A stretch of DNA of 64,000 bases from Promethearchaeota archaeon (GTDB taxonomy: Archaea > Asgardarchaeota > Lokiarchaeia > Sigyniarchaeales > SOKP01), in the NCBI GenBank assembly GCA_019058295.1, contig JAHPZI010000002.1:1-64000 (forward strand), written 5' to 3'. How positions within the stretch are numbered: position 1 is the first letter of the stretch; every line of letters starts with the position of its first letter. Position numbers and translations under genes: made by a program. A model generated the notes under the pieces. That model did not search any database, was not told the DNA's origin, and worked only from the letters and a program-made list of their open reading frames with translations. Shown here one piece after another: positions 52,081 through 61,087 of this stretch.

Positions 52081-52144
52081 ATGAAGATTAGGCGTAATGA
52101 AATCTGTTTATATACAGATTAATGAGAATACTGATCTGCCCTGA
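52081..52144 (+). ncRNA. Candidate box C/D guide sRNA targeting SSU rRNA helix 34
   Basis: C box ATGAAGA (52081-52087), D' ATGA (52097-52100), internal hairpin AATCTGT/ACAGATT, C'-like TAATGA, guide ATACTGATCTGCC (52128-52140), D box CTGA (52141-52144). Confidence 0.7.
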
Positions 52145-52199
52145 ATATTTTTTATAATTTTATCTTATTTTCTTTTTTAAAAAAAGTATAGTATGAAAT

Positions 52200-53021
52200 T
52201 TACAAATTTAAGACTTCACGCGTATTATATATCTTATTTTCTCTATCATCAGCAATAAATTTTATAGCAATTATAGCACCACTTGCGAAGCAGTTTCGAC
52301 TATGTGCTTGATGCTTAAATTCGATACGTTCGCCTGAACCTGCATATAAGATAATGTGATCACCCACAATATCTCCTGCCCGGATTGAATGAATTCCTAT
52401 TTCATTTTTAGCACCAATCTTTCGCTTATTAGGCCCTTTTGAACGTCCAAATTTCGCTACATCATCAATATTAACCCCAAGAGTTTCACTTATCATCTTA
52501 GCAGTAGTTAGAGCGGTACCACTAGGAGCATCAAGTTTCCTATGATGATGTGCTTCAATGATTTCAATATCCCAATCCTTCAAATATTCGGTCAGAACTG
52601 ACGCCATTTTGAAGAAAATATTAACTCCTGTTGCCATATTTGACGAAATAACGGCTGGTGCATTATATTCTTTTACTTTTTTTTCAAATTCTTCTATAAA
52701 TGAATTGGATAATCCAGTAGTTCCAATCACACATCGAATATTATTTTCTACACAAATCATGCAATTTTTTTCAGAAGCTTCTGCCAATGTAAAATCAACT
52801 GCTACCTCTGGTTTTGTCTCGTCAATTACCTCTTTAATTTCCGTAATATTCCTTATTTTTACATGATTCGGGTCCTTTTTGCCCACTAAAACTCCTAATT
52901 CATCACCTACATTCATTAAATCTAAAGCTGCGACAACATCAATATCCTCATCATCAAAAGCGTGTTGACTGATTAACGTACCCATTGAACCTGTTGGACC
53001 AAAAATTAATATTTTAATCAT
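52200..53021 (-). CDS. dapB: 4-hydroxy-tetrahydrodipicolinate reductase
   Basis: GPTGSMG, VIGTTG, IIEAHHHRKLDAPSGTA, RAGDIVGDH. Confidence 0.95.
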   Translation of the reverse strand: MIKILIFGPTGSMGTLISQHAFDDEDIDVVAALDLMNVGDELGVLVGKKDPNHVKIRNITEIKEVIDETKPEVAVDFTLAEASEKNCMICVENNIRCVIGTTGLSNSFIEEFEKKVKEYNAPAVISSNMATGVNIFFKMASVLTEYLKDWDIEIIEAHHHRKLDAPSGTALTTAKMISETLGVNIDDVAKFGRSKGPNKRKIGAKNEIGIHSIRAGDIVGDHIILYAGSGERIEFKHQAHSRNCFASGAIIAIKFIADDRENKIYNTREVLNL

Positions 53022-53047
53022 ATCAATTCCCTCTAAAAAGATTATTT

Positions 53048-53956
53048 TTATATTAAATTAAGTTGTTTGAGTACAGCTTTAATTTTTTCGCAATTAGCTT
53101 CTAAAGGAGGCGTTAGCGGCAATCTCATACGCTTATTCATTATACCCATAAGTTCAGCGGAATATTTTACAGGTCCTGGATTTGTTTCAATGAAAAGCAC
53201 TTTAAATAAGTCATATAATTCAAGCTGCATTTTTCTTGCTTTTTCCCAATCTCCGTTATTCATGGTTGTTGTAAATTTATATATTTTAGCGGGAATAATA
53301 TTTGAAGCAACACTAATAACTCCTACTCCGCCTAATGCCATCAAATGATAAGTCATACCATCATCTCCACTTAAAACGATAAAATCATCAGGGGTCATCT
53401 TAATTATTTTTGTTATCTGGTCTATATTACCACTCGCACATTTAATTCCAACTATATTATCTTTTTTTCTTGCTAACGTAGCTACGGTGTCCGGATCCAA
53501 ATTGCGTACTGTACGGCTCGGTACGTTATATAGAATTATTGGAATCGAAACCGAATCTGCAATAGCAGAAAAATGATCTATTAAAGAATGTTGGACTGGT
53601 TTGTTATAATATGGCACTACAACTAAACACCCATCAGCACCAGCTTTTTCAGCATATTGACTAAGTGATATCGCCTCATGAGTCGCATTACTTCCTGTAC
53701 CTACCAATACAAAAGGATCTTTTCCTGATTTTTTAGCCTCATCTACACAGATATCTATTGCCTGATGATGTTCGTCATGTGATAATGTAGCACTTTCTCC
53801 AGTTGTACCCATCGTTAAAGGTTGACAGCCATTTTCGATTTGAAATCTGATAAATTCTCTATATTTTGCATCGTTAATAGAAAAATCTTCATTAAGCGGT
53901 GTTATCATTGCCGTAATGGCATTCCTTAATTTATTTAATTTATTAAATTTTGACAT
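53048..53956 (-). CDS. dapA: 4-hydroxy-tetrahydrodipicolinate synthase
   Basis: GTTGESATL, PYYNKP, LYNVPSRT, IVGIK, LSGDD, ETNPGPVK. Confidence 0.95.
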   Translation of the reverse strand: MSKFNKLNKLRNAITAMITPLNEDFSINDAKYREFIRFQIENGCQPLTMGTTGESATLSHDEHHQAIDICVDEAKKSGKDPFVLVGTGSNATHEAISLSQYAEKAGADGCLVVVPYYNKPVQHSLIDHFSAIADSVSIPIILYNVPSRTVRNLDPDTVATLARKKDNIVGIKCASGNIDQITKIIKMTPDDFIVLSGDDGMTYHLMALGGVGVISVASNIIPAKIYKFTTTMNNGDWEKARKMQLELYDLFKVLFIETNPGPVKYSAELMGIMNKRMRLPLTPPLEANCEKIKAVLKQLNLI

Positions 53957-54059
53957 AATATATCTACCTTACAAATTTAACTGCTAATTAAAATATAATT
54001 TGTATAGAATCCTTTATAAGCCTTATTAATGAGGGAAATAATGGGGAAATATTTAGAAA

Positions 54060-55334
54060 TTATTTCTTGTTTTTTTTTATTTTTTTTTTAATTAAAAAAC
54101 CCATTTTGCTCTGAAGTCCAAACAGAGGAATAAAGCCATAACTCAAATTTTGATTAAAAGTGCTAGCCGTTTCATAAGTTGCTAAGTTCATATCATATAT
54201 TCCGTAAGGAGATTCCCTTGCTACAACTTCTGCGCTTCCTTTAAATAATTTTACTTTAACACTACCAGTTACTTTTTTGTTTATTTCATTTATAAACGCA
54301 TCTAATGCATCTTTTAAAGGATCAACCCATAATCCCTCATAAGCTAACTCAGACCATCTTTGATCTACCATGTTTTTAAAGGAATTTTCTTGCTTAGTAC
54401 ATACATATTTCTCAAGATCTTTATGCGCTTTAATAAGCATTAATGCCGCAGGAACTTCATAAGTTTCTCTTGATTTTAATCCAATGGCTCGATCTTCCAT
54501 GTGTTCTATTCTTCCAACACCATGCTTACATCCTAAATCGTGTAATGTTCTTAATAAGTCAATACTACTCATCTTTTCCCCATTTAAGCCTACTGGAACC
54601 CCTTCTTCAAAATTAATAGTTATATATTCGGGCTCATTGGGAGCCTTCTCAGGAGCAATTGTCCATTCTCTCGAATCTTCAGGTGGTTCAATTTCTGGGT
54701 GTTCTAAAATATCACATTCTGCACTTCTTCCAAAGAGATTCTCATCAATGCTATATTTCTTATATTTATTGACTGGAATACCATGTCTTTCTGCGTATTT
54801 GACTTCCTCATCTCGCCCCATATTCCATTCAATTAAGGGTTGTAATACCTCGATTTCTGGAGCGTACGCATTTGCTGTAATATTTATTCTAATCTGATCG
54901 TTTCCTTTCCCAGTACACCCATGTGCTACTACGGAAATTCCTTCCTTTTTAGCAATTTTAATAGCTTCTATAGCAATTAAAGGTCTCCCTACGGCAGTGC
55001 TTAACGGATATATCCCTTGATATAACCCATTGGCTTTAATTGCAGGAAAAACATAGTCTTTTACAAATCTTTCTTTTAAATCTACTGTGTAATGTTTAAC
55101 AGCACCTAATTTATACGCTTTTTCTTCAATTTCTTTAAACCTTGTTGGATCAGCAAATTCTTGACCTAAATCAGCTGTAAATGTATAGACTTTGGCGCTA
55201 TATGTTTCTTGAAGCCACTTAATCATGCAGGAAGTGTTTGATCATATATACATCAATTGTATATATTCTAATCCTCCTGAATACATTAATAAAATCTTAT
55301 CATACTTATCCTTTTTGGGTCCTAATTGATTCAT
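54060..55334 (-). CDS. argG: Argininosuccinate synthase, split by a 30-nt intron: join(55334..55268, 55237..54060), 414 aa
   Basis: Spliced product MNQLGPKKDKYDKILLMYSGGLDTSCMIKWL... restores the PP-loop; downstream HGCTGKGNDQIR, YSIDENL, KSRETYE motifs. Confidence 0.93.
55238..55267 (-). other. BHB-type mRNA intron in argG (30 nt, contains an in-frame TGA)
   Basis: Minus strand GGA[GATT]AG|A-ATATATACA-attga-TGTATATAT-[GATC]AA|AC: 4-bp central helix, two 3-nt bulges, 9-bp intron stem. Confidence 0.9.
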
Positions 55335-55513
55335 ATTCCATCATCTCAAAAGAATAAACATATTAAGATTTGATAGAATTTATTTTTTCCCCTAAAATTA
55401 TTTAAGAAATTACTGGATGATAATGAAAAAAATTAAATATTGAATTATCAATTAGTAATTTGCAATTAACAATTTATTCTATTTTTTAAAACAAATAGCA
55501 AAAATTCGATATT

Positions 55514-57010
55514 TTGAACGAAAAAGATAATAATTTAGAAATAAGTGATGAAATATATAAGAAAATTTACAAATCCATTTCTACACAAATTTATACATGG
55601 CGTAAAATTGATGACGATCTAATTCTAATTGATTATAATAATGCTGCCGAAGAATTTACTGGAGCAAGAATAAAGGATTACATCGGAATAAAAGCTACAG
55701 AATTATATAAAGATCAACCAAACATTTTGAATGAATTATTTGATTGTGCTAATACACAATTAGATATCTCTAGAGAGATGGAATATAAAGGCATATCGAC
55801 GGGAGAGGAAAAATATTTAGAAGTTATATATAATTTTATAACCCCTGATTTAGTTTTAGTTCATATGAAAGATATTACCGATAGAAGAAAAGTGGAAGAG
55901 ATCCTGAAGAAAGAAAAACAGGAAAAATCTATTATCTTAGAAAATATCTTGGAACATATAGTTTTTCAAACTTTAGATCATACAGTTATATATCCTAATA
56001 AAGCTGCGTGTGATTCAGTTAGTCAAAAACCAGAACAATTAATTGGACGAAAGTGTCATCAAATATGGCAAGGCAGTGATGAGGTTTGTGAAAACTGTCC
56101 AGTTGAACATTCATTTAAAACGAAAAAACCAGAGACCAATGAAATCACAACTGGTGATGGGAGAGTTTGGTTTATTAAAGGATATCCTATTCTTGATGAT
56201 GATGGAAATTTAATAGGTGGTGTCGAGCTTACCTCTGAAATAACGGAAAAGAAGCATATTGAAGTTAAATTAAAAAAATCAGAAAAAATGTATCGAGAAG
56301 CTTACAATAGTAGTAATCTTTATAAAGATTTATTTACCCATGATATAAATAACATATTTCAAAATATCTTATCTTCAATCGAACTCTACAATTTATATAG
56401 GAAAGATCCTAACAAACAAACAGAACTTGAGGAAATTGAAAATTTAATAGTAGAACAAATTTTAAGAGGTACAATGCTAGTATCAAATGTTCAGAACCTT
56501 TCAACAATCGAAAATTATGATATGTCTCTATTTTCAATTGAAGTTAACGAAGTTTTAAAAAAGGCAATCTCTTTTGTAAGACAGAGTTTTCCTAATAAAA
56601 AACTAAATATTAAGACTGAATCAATACAAAACGAGTATTTTGTTATGGCAAATGAGTTATTGCAAAACGCTTTTGAAAATCTTTTATTTAACGCTGTGAA
56701 ACATAATATAAATGAAATTATCAAGATTGATATAAAATTATCAAAAGACGTAAAAGATGATAAAAAAATAATAAAAATAGAATTTATTGATAATGGTATC
56801 GGGATTCATGACTCCATGAAAGATGAAATATTCCATAGGGAATATAGAGATTATTTAAAATATAAACTCCCTTCAGGAATAGGATTAGGTCTGCTATTTA
56901 CAAAAAAAATGATCGAAAGTTTTAATGGTGAAATAAAAGTTGAAGATAGGATTGAAGGGGATTATTCCCAAGGTAGTAATTTTATTATCATGATACCAGA
57001 GGAAAAATGA
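55514..57010 (+). CDS. PAS-domain sensor histidine kinase
   Basis: Two PAS domains, H-box THDINN, NLLFNAVKH, DNGIGI, GIGLGL, GSNF. Confidence 0.9.
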   Translation: MNEKDNNLEISDEIYKKIYKSISTQIYTWRKIDDDLILIDYNNAAEEFTGARIKDYIGIKATELYKDQPNILNELFDCANTQLDISREMEYKGISTGEEKYLEVIYNFITPDLVLVHMKDITDRRKVEEILKKEKQEKSIILENILEHIVFQTLDHTVIYPNKAACDSVSQKPEQLIGRKCHQIWQGSDEVCENCPVEHSFKTKKPETNEITTGDGRVWFIKGYPILDDDGNLIGGVELTSEITEKKHIEVKLKKSEKMYREAYNSSNLYKDLFTHDINNIFQNILSSIELYNLYRKDPNKQTELEEIENLIVEQILRGTMLVSNVQNLSTIENYDMSLFSIEVNEVLKKAISFVRQSFPNKKLNIKTESIQNEYFVMANELLQNAFENLLFNAVKHNINEIIKIDIKLSKDVKDDKKIIKIEFIDNGIGIHDSMKDEIFHREYRDYLKYKLPSGIGLGLLFTKKMIESFNGEIKVEDRIEGDYSQGSNFIIMIPEEK

Positions 57011-57011
57011 A

Positions 57012-57365
57012 ATGGCAACCATTTTCATTATTGAAGATGATATTTCTCTACAGAAATTATATGATATGATTTTAAGCACCTCAGGACATCAAGTTGTGGG
57101 AGTTGCGAATAATGGGGATGAGGCGGTAAAAATCTATGAATCATTTTCTGTAAAACCAGACATAATAATAATGGATCATAGAATGCCTATCAAAAATGGG
57201 ATTGAAGCGACAAAGGAAATCCTAAAAATTAGCAATCACTCAAAAATTATATTTGCAAGTGCAGATAATAGTGTAAAAAACCTAGCACTGTCAATTGGAG
57301 CCATTAAATTCATTGAAAAACCATTTTCAATGGAAAAATTCCTAAAAATAATTGAAAAAATATAA
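57012..57365 (+). CDS. Single-domain response regulator (CheY-like)
   Basis: IIEDD, IIMDHRMP..NG, EKPF. Confidence 0.92.
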   Translation: MATIFIIEDDISLQKLYDMILSTSGHQVVGVANNGDEAVKIYESFSVKPDIIIMDHRMPIKNGIEATKEILKISNHSKIIFASADNSVKNLALSIGAIKFIEKPFSMEKFLKIIEKI

Positions 57366-57469
57366 TAAATTACAAATTTTAGTGAATTTAACTTAATATA
57401 TTTATTTCAAAAGAAATAAATGAATTTAAAATAATTAATTTACTAAGTCTATATTCTTAAATCTTTAAA

Positions 57470-58474
57470 ATGAAAGCTGATTATTTAGACAAATTTCAAG
57501 GTACTCTCATCTCCGTAGCTATAGGTGATACTCTAGGGCATCCTTTTGAAGGAAGATTAAGATCAGAGATCTATTCTCGTTTTGATAAATTTGAGGAGTT
57601 TATTCAAAATAATAAAAGGCTCTTCAATACATATACTGACGACACACAACTCACAATACATACAGCTGAAGCGTTAATTCAAGGAGGCGGATTTAATATT
57701 AATAATTTCATCCGAGAATATGTTAAATGGTTAGAAGAACCACCAATTGGACCTGGATATGGATGTCTCTCATCAATTCAAAAATTGAAATATGGCATTC
57801 CATGGGAAAAAGCAGCTTCAAATTCGGGAGGAAATGGAACAGCTATGCGTGTCTCTCCAATAGGATTATTTTATTGTAAAGATCTAGAAGATTTAAAAAT
57901 AAATGCGATACGATCAAGTATTATTACCCATTCCCATCCAGCTGCGTCTGCTGGTGCTGTTGTAATCGCCAGAGCAATTGCTTATTTAATAGAAAGAGGA
58001 CCAGAAATCCATTTTTCGATTGATGATTTTTTTAATGTATTAATATCTTTCATTTCTGGCTCTGATATGGAGATTTGGGAAGAATTCATTGAGATTTTGA
58101 AAAAACTAAGAGATAATCTTGATTTACCAGTAGAAGCTGGTTTAATTAAATTTTCTCAGATAGGAGTGAAATCACCCTATTTTATTGAACATTTTTTGGG
58201 TCAAGCATTTGTCCATCCTTACACGCTAAGTACAGTTGCCTGTGCAATTTTTATATTTCTAAAAAAAATGAATTCATCATTTAAAGAATGTATCTTTGAA
58301 TTGTCTACTGCTGGTGGAGATAGCGACACAATTGGAGCAATCGGTGGTAGCTTAGTTGGTGCATATTATGGTTTTACTAACATTCCTGAAGATTTGATAA
58401 AATTAGTAAAAAATAATAAAAAAATATTGCAATTAGCGGAATCCCTCTATGAAAAATTTAAGGAGAGATATTAA
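57470..58474 (+). CDS. ADP-ribosylglycohydrolase family protein
   Basis: AIGDTLG, YTDDTQ, GNGTAMRVSP, THSH, GGDSDTIGA. Confidence 0.92.
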   Translation: MKADYLDKFQGTLISVAIGDTLGHPFEGRLRSEIYSRFDKFEEFIQNNKRLFNTYTDDTQLTIHTAEALIQGGGFNINNFIREYVKWLEEPPIGPGYGCLSSIQKLKYGIPWEKAASNSGGNGTAMRVSPIGLFYCKDLEDLKINAIRSSIITHSHPAASAGAVVIARAIAYLIERGPEIHFSIDDFFNVLISFISGSDMEIWEEFIEILKKLRDNLDLPVEAGLIKFSQIGVKSPYFIEHFLGQAFVHPYTLSTVACAIFIFLKKMNSSFKECIFELSTAGGDSDTIGAIGGSLVGAYYGFTNIPEDLIKLVKNNKKILQLAESLYEKFKERY

Positions 58475-58479
58475 ATCAT

Positions 58480-59058
58480 TTAATTTAAATTCCCAAGAAG
58501 ATCTTTTAACTTTTTAGAACAAGACAAGCAGAATTTAGTTGGTTTTTCATCTGCTTCGAGTAAACTGTTTGAGAATTGCATAACACATTTATTATTACAA
58601 TGTTTCAAGCAAAAAGTATGCCCGAGCTCATGTATTGCTTCTTTAAGAACTCTCAATTCAAATTGAGATTTATTTTCAGGTCGATTATAAAAGCCTTCTT
58701 TAAGGCGCATTATTTGAATTAAAGAAGCTTCAGGCGAATTTAGATCTTGCTTTTTTGGAATTATTGCAATACCAAATATAAATTTTAATTCTCCTGAAAA
58801 TATGTCTTTATCGATTATTCCTAATGTGCGAAAATGTTTACTCTCACTACAATATTTATGAAGCCTTCTTACAGTTAATGAACCATTATATTGTCTCCTT
58901 GACGGATTATATTCAGATTCTTTGAGTGGAATAGAGTCAGGCGAAATTTCTACTGAATCAATAAATTCTTTAAAAAACCAATTCAATTTTTTCTTCAATT
59001 TCTTCAGAATAATCGTATCTAAATCGCCAATTTTTTGAAGATAAATTACTTTTTTCAA
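58480..59058 (-). CDS. Archaemetzincin-family Zn metalloprotease
   Basis: YNPSRRQY, KEAIHELGHTFCLKHCNNKCVMQFSNS...FCLSC. Confidence 0.88.
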   Translation of the reverse strand: MKKVIYLQKIGDLDTIILKKLKKKLNWFFKEFIDSVEISPDSIPLKESEYNPSRRQYNGSLTVRRLHKYCSESKHFRTLGIIDKDIFSGELKFIFGIAIIPKKQDLNSPEASLIQIMRLKEGFYNRPENKSQFELRVLKEAIHELGHTFCLKHCNNKCVMQFSNSLLEADEKPTKFCLSCSKKLKDLLGNLN

Positions 59059-59215
59059 AATTAAAACTTATATGTATTTGTTTTCAATTTAATTATTCAA
59101 ACTATGAAAATGTAAGTTATGAAATATTTTTTTACAATTGTTCAAAAAAAGCAAAATTGAAAAAATAAGATTAACTTTTGAATTGTATAATTATTATTAT
59201 TTATCGATCCTCCTC

Positions 59216-59317
59216 GGGAGGGTGGTCTAGCTTGGTATGATTCCTGGTTTGGGACTTCAAACAGAAAGCTTGGAGCAAAACACCAGGAGGCCGGGGGTTC
59301 GAATCCCCCCCCTCCCA
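59216..59317 (+). tRNA. tRNA-Pro(TGG) with a 28-nt canonical 37/38 intron (59254-59281)
   Basis: Acceptor GGGAGGG/CCCTCCC+A, anticodon stem CCTGG/CCAGG, T arm GGGGG-TTCGAAT-CCCCC; BHB helix TTTG/CAAA with bulges GG|A and AC|A; CCA not encoded. Confidence 0.95.
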
Positions 59318-59328
59318 TTTTCATGATT

Positions 59329-59595
59329 CTAATCTTTAGTTTCTTCGGAATTAAAATAAACATCAGGTATTAAATCGAGGACAGTTGAGAATAGCGACAT
59401 TATAATAGCAGGATTATCCGAATTGACTTTATAATAATTATAAAATCTTCTCTTAGTAGAGATTTTAATGTTATCTTTAAAAAATTGAAGAATTTGTTTG
59501 ATTTCATTATCAACATCTTTATTTTTTTGAATGCATGCCTTTAAATCATTTTTTCCTGTTTTTTTATTATTCTTAATAATTAGTTTTAGAATCAT
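59329..59595 (-). CDS. Small hypothetical protein
   Basis: 88-aa ORF with ATG start, convergent on the tRNA. Confidence 0.55.
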   Translation of the reverse strand: MILKLIIKNNKKTGKNDLKACIQKNKDVDNEIKQILQFFKDNIKISTKRRFYNYYKVNSDNPAIIMSLFSTVLDLIPDVYFNSEETKD

Positions 59596-59712
59596 TCTGA
59601 TTATTTCCTATTATTTCTGATTGAAAATTATTTTAAGCACTATAATTATATAAAAAATTATTTAAACAATTCTCTTTTTTAAAAAAAAAGAATAGAAATT
59701 AAAAAATGAGAT

Positions 59713-60255
59713 TTAAGAGGATCTTTTCTTGATCAAAAGATTAATAGCAGCCACAATTGCCCAGCCAATACATGTAAATAATAAAATATACTTCACGAGG
59801 GCAAAACAGCTATGTGTTATAGCCCATATATCTGGGAAGCCTGAAGGGTCTGTAAGCATAGCTAATATAAAAGCATTTTCAAACGCATCACAACAAGCAG
59901 CCAAAATACCTAAAATGCTTATTAAATGACCCGAATTACTCCAAAATGAGCCATTCTCAAATTTTCGAGAAATAATTAAAGCTAAACTAAAAGAAAAAGT
60001 TCCGTAAGAAATCATATATGCGTAATCTAAAATTTGCATAATTCTATAATAGTTTATGTTAGTTATTTTATAATGTCCTTTTAATACGGAGCCACTGAAC
60101 GATAGTTGACTTTCTATAAATCCAACAGGGTATTTCGATAATATAAAGAAATATGCCATAAATGGATACACGATAATAGTTAATATTATGCTAAAAATTA
60201 GCAGTCGTTTGGTAGTTTTTGGAGATGGCCAATCATTTAATTTTTCTAAAACCAT
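59713..60255 (-). CDS. Hypothetical four-TM membrane protein
   Basis: GAGG RBS; Q-L-S-F, LDY and D..EN motifs; TM helices. Confidence 0.65.
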   Translation of the reverse strand: MVLEKLNDWPSPKTTKRLLIFSIILTIIVYPFMAYFFILSKYPVGFIESQLSFSGSVLKGHYKITNINYYRIMQILDYAYMISYGTFSFSLALIISRKFENGSFWSNSGHLISILGILAACCDAFENAFILAMLTDPSGFPDIWAITHSCFALVKYILLFTCIGWAIVAAINLLIKKRSS

Positions 60256-60374
60256 TTATTGAACCTCATTAAAATAAGTCATATATTATAATATGAGGTA
60301 TACTAATTTAAGTACTATTAAAATTGATTAATTTGGGATATTAACCATTTAATCTGTACACAATCTTCTGCTAT
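60254..60374. repeat. 121-bp imperfect direct repeat, copy 1 (copy 2 at 62291-62411)
   Basis: ATTTATTGAACCTCATTAAAATA...AATCTTCTGCTAT in both places. Confidence 0.9.
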
Positions 60375-60991
60375 TAATAAGAAGAATATTGTTTTGAAAA
60401 ATGGAATAAGACTAAATCTGTGAGGTATCTTCCAAATTGCTCGTCTGTTTCGAATAAAGGCATTATTAAAATATGACGAAGAATAATTGATTCAACGACA
60501 TTAAAAAGTAAAAAGAATTTCTCTTTTAAATCTCCTTCAGAAATATTCTCAAATGCTATATTTTGTTTCAATTCCTTAACAAGTTTCATTAACATTTCTT
60601 CAACAAGCGATTTAAAATCGTGGAATAATTCTTTGTTTGAAAGAAAGGCTTGCTCAAATGCTGAATGAAATTGTATATTTTTTCGGTGGAATTTAATAAA
60701 ATTTAACATTGTTTGGTATATTGATTTTGGTAAGGCAGACACTTTAATATTCCTAAAAAGCTCCAAATTGACTATGTTGCTTCTATTTCTAATTCCAATC
60801 TCACGCATAATGTCTGCTTTCCCATTAGGGAAATTACGATAGACTGTGCCAATTCCTATTTTGGCTCTATCGGCGATATGATTGGTGCTTAATTTATCGT
60901 ATCCTTTTTCAATGATGAGATTGTATGCCGTATTGACAATTAGATCGATTTTTTGCTTTTTATTTCGTGTAAATTTCTTATCTTTAGACAT
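60374..60991 (-). CDS. TetR/AcrR-family transcriptional regulator
   Basis: GYDKLSTNHIADRAKIGIGTVYRNFPNGK; ATG at 60991 preferred. Confidence 0.9.
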   Translation of the reverse strand: MSKDKKFTRNKKQKIDLIVNTAYNLIIEKGYDKLSTNHIADRAKIGIGTVYRNFPNGKADIMREIGIRNRSNIVNLELFRNIKVSALPKSIYQTMLNFIKFHRKNIQFHSAFEQAFLSNKELFHDFKSLVEEMLMKLVKELKQNIAFENISEGDLKEKFFLLFNVVESIILRHILIMPLFETDEQFGRYLTDLVLFHFSKQYSSY

Positions 60992-61004
60992 ATAGATTAT
61001 AATG

Positions 61005-61041
61005 GAGCATTGCTCAAAAACTTTATAAAAGAGTAATGCTC
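61005..61041. promoter_or_regulatory. Two TetR-type palindromic operators flanking a TATA box in the divergent tetR/hydrolase promoter
   Basis: GAGCA-T-TGCTC (61005-61015), TTTATAAAA, GAGTA-A-TGCTC (61031-61041). Confidence 0.7.
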
Positions 61042-61087
61042 CCATATAATAATAATTATTTAAAAAATCTAATTAAATAGAGGAAAA

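Noticed and set aside
55242-55244. In-frame TGA in argG as selenocysteine or readthrough
   Set aside because: Readthrough would insert 10 residues into the invariant SGGLDT loop and change Asp to Glu; BHB excision restores the motif exactly.
59142-59363. 73-aa minus-strand ORF
   Set aside because: Antisense shadow of tRNA-Pro.
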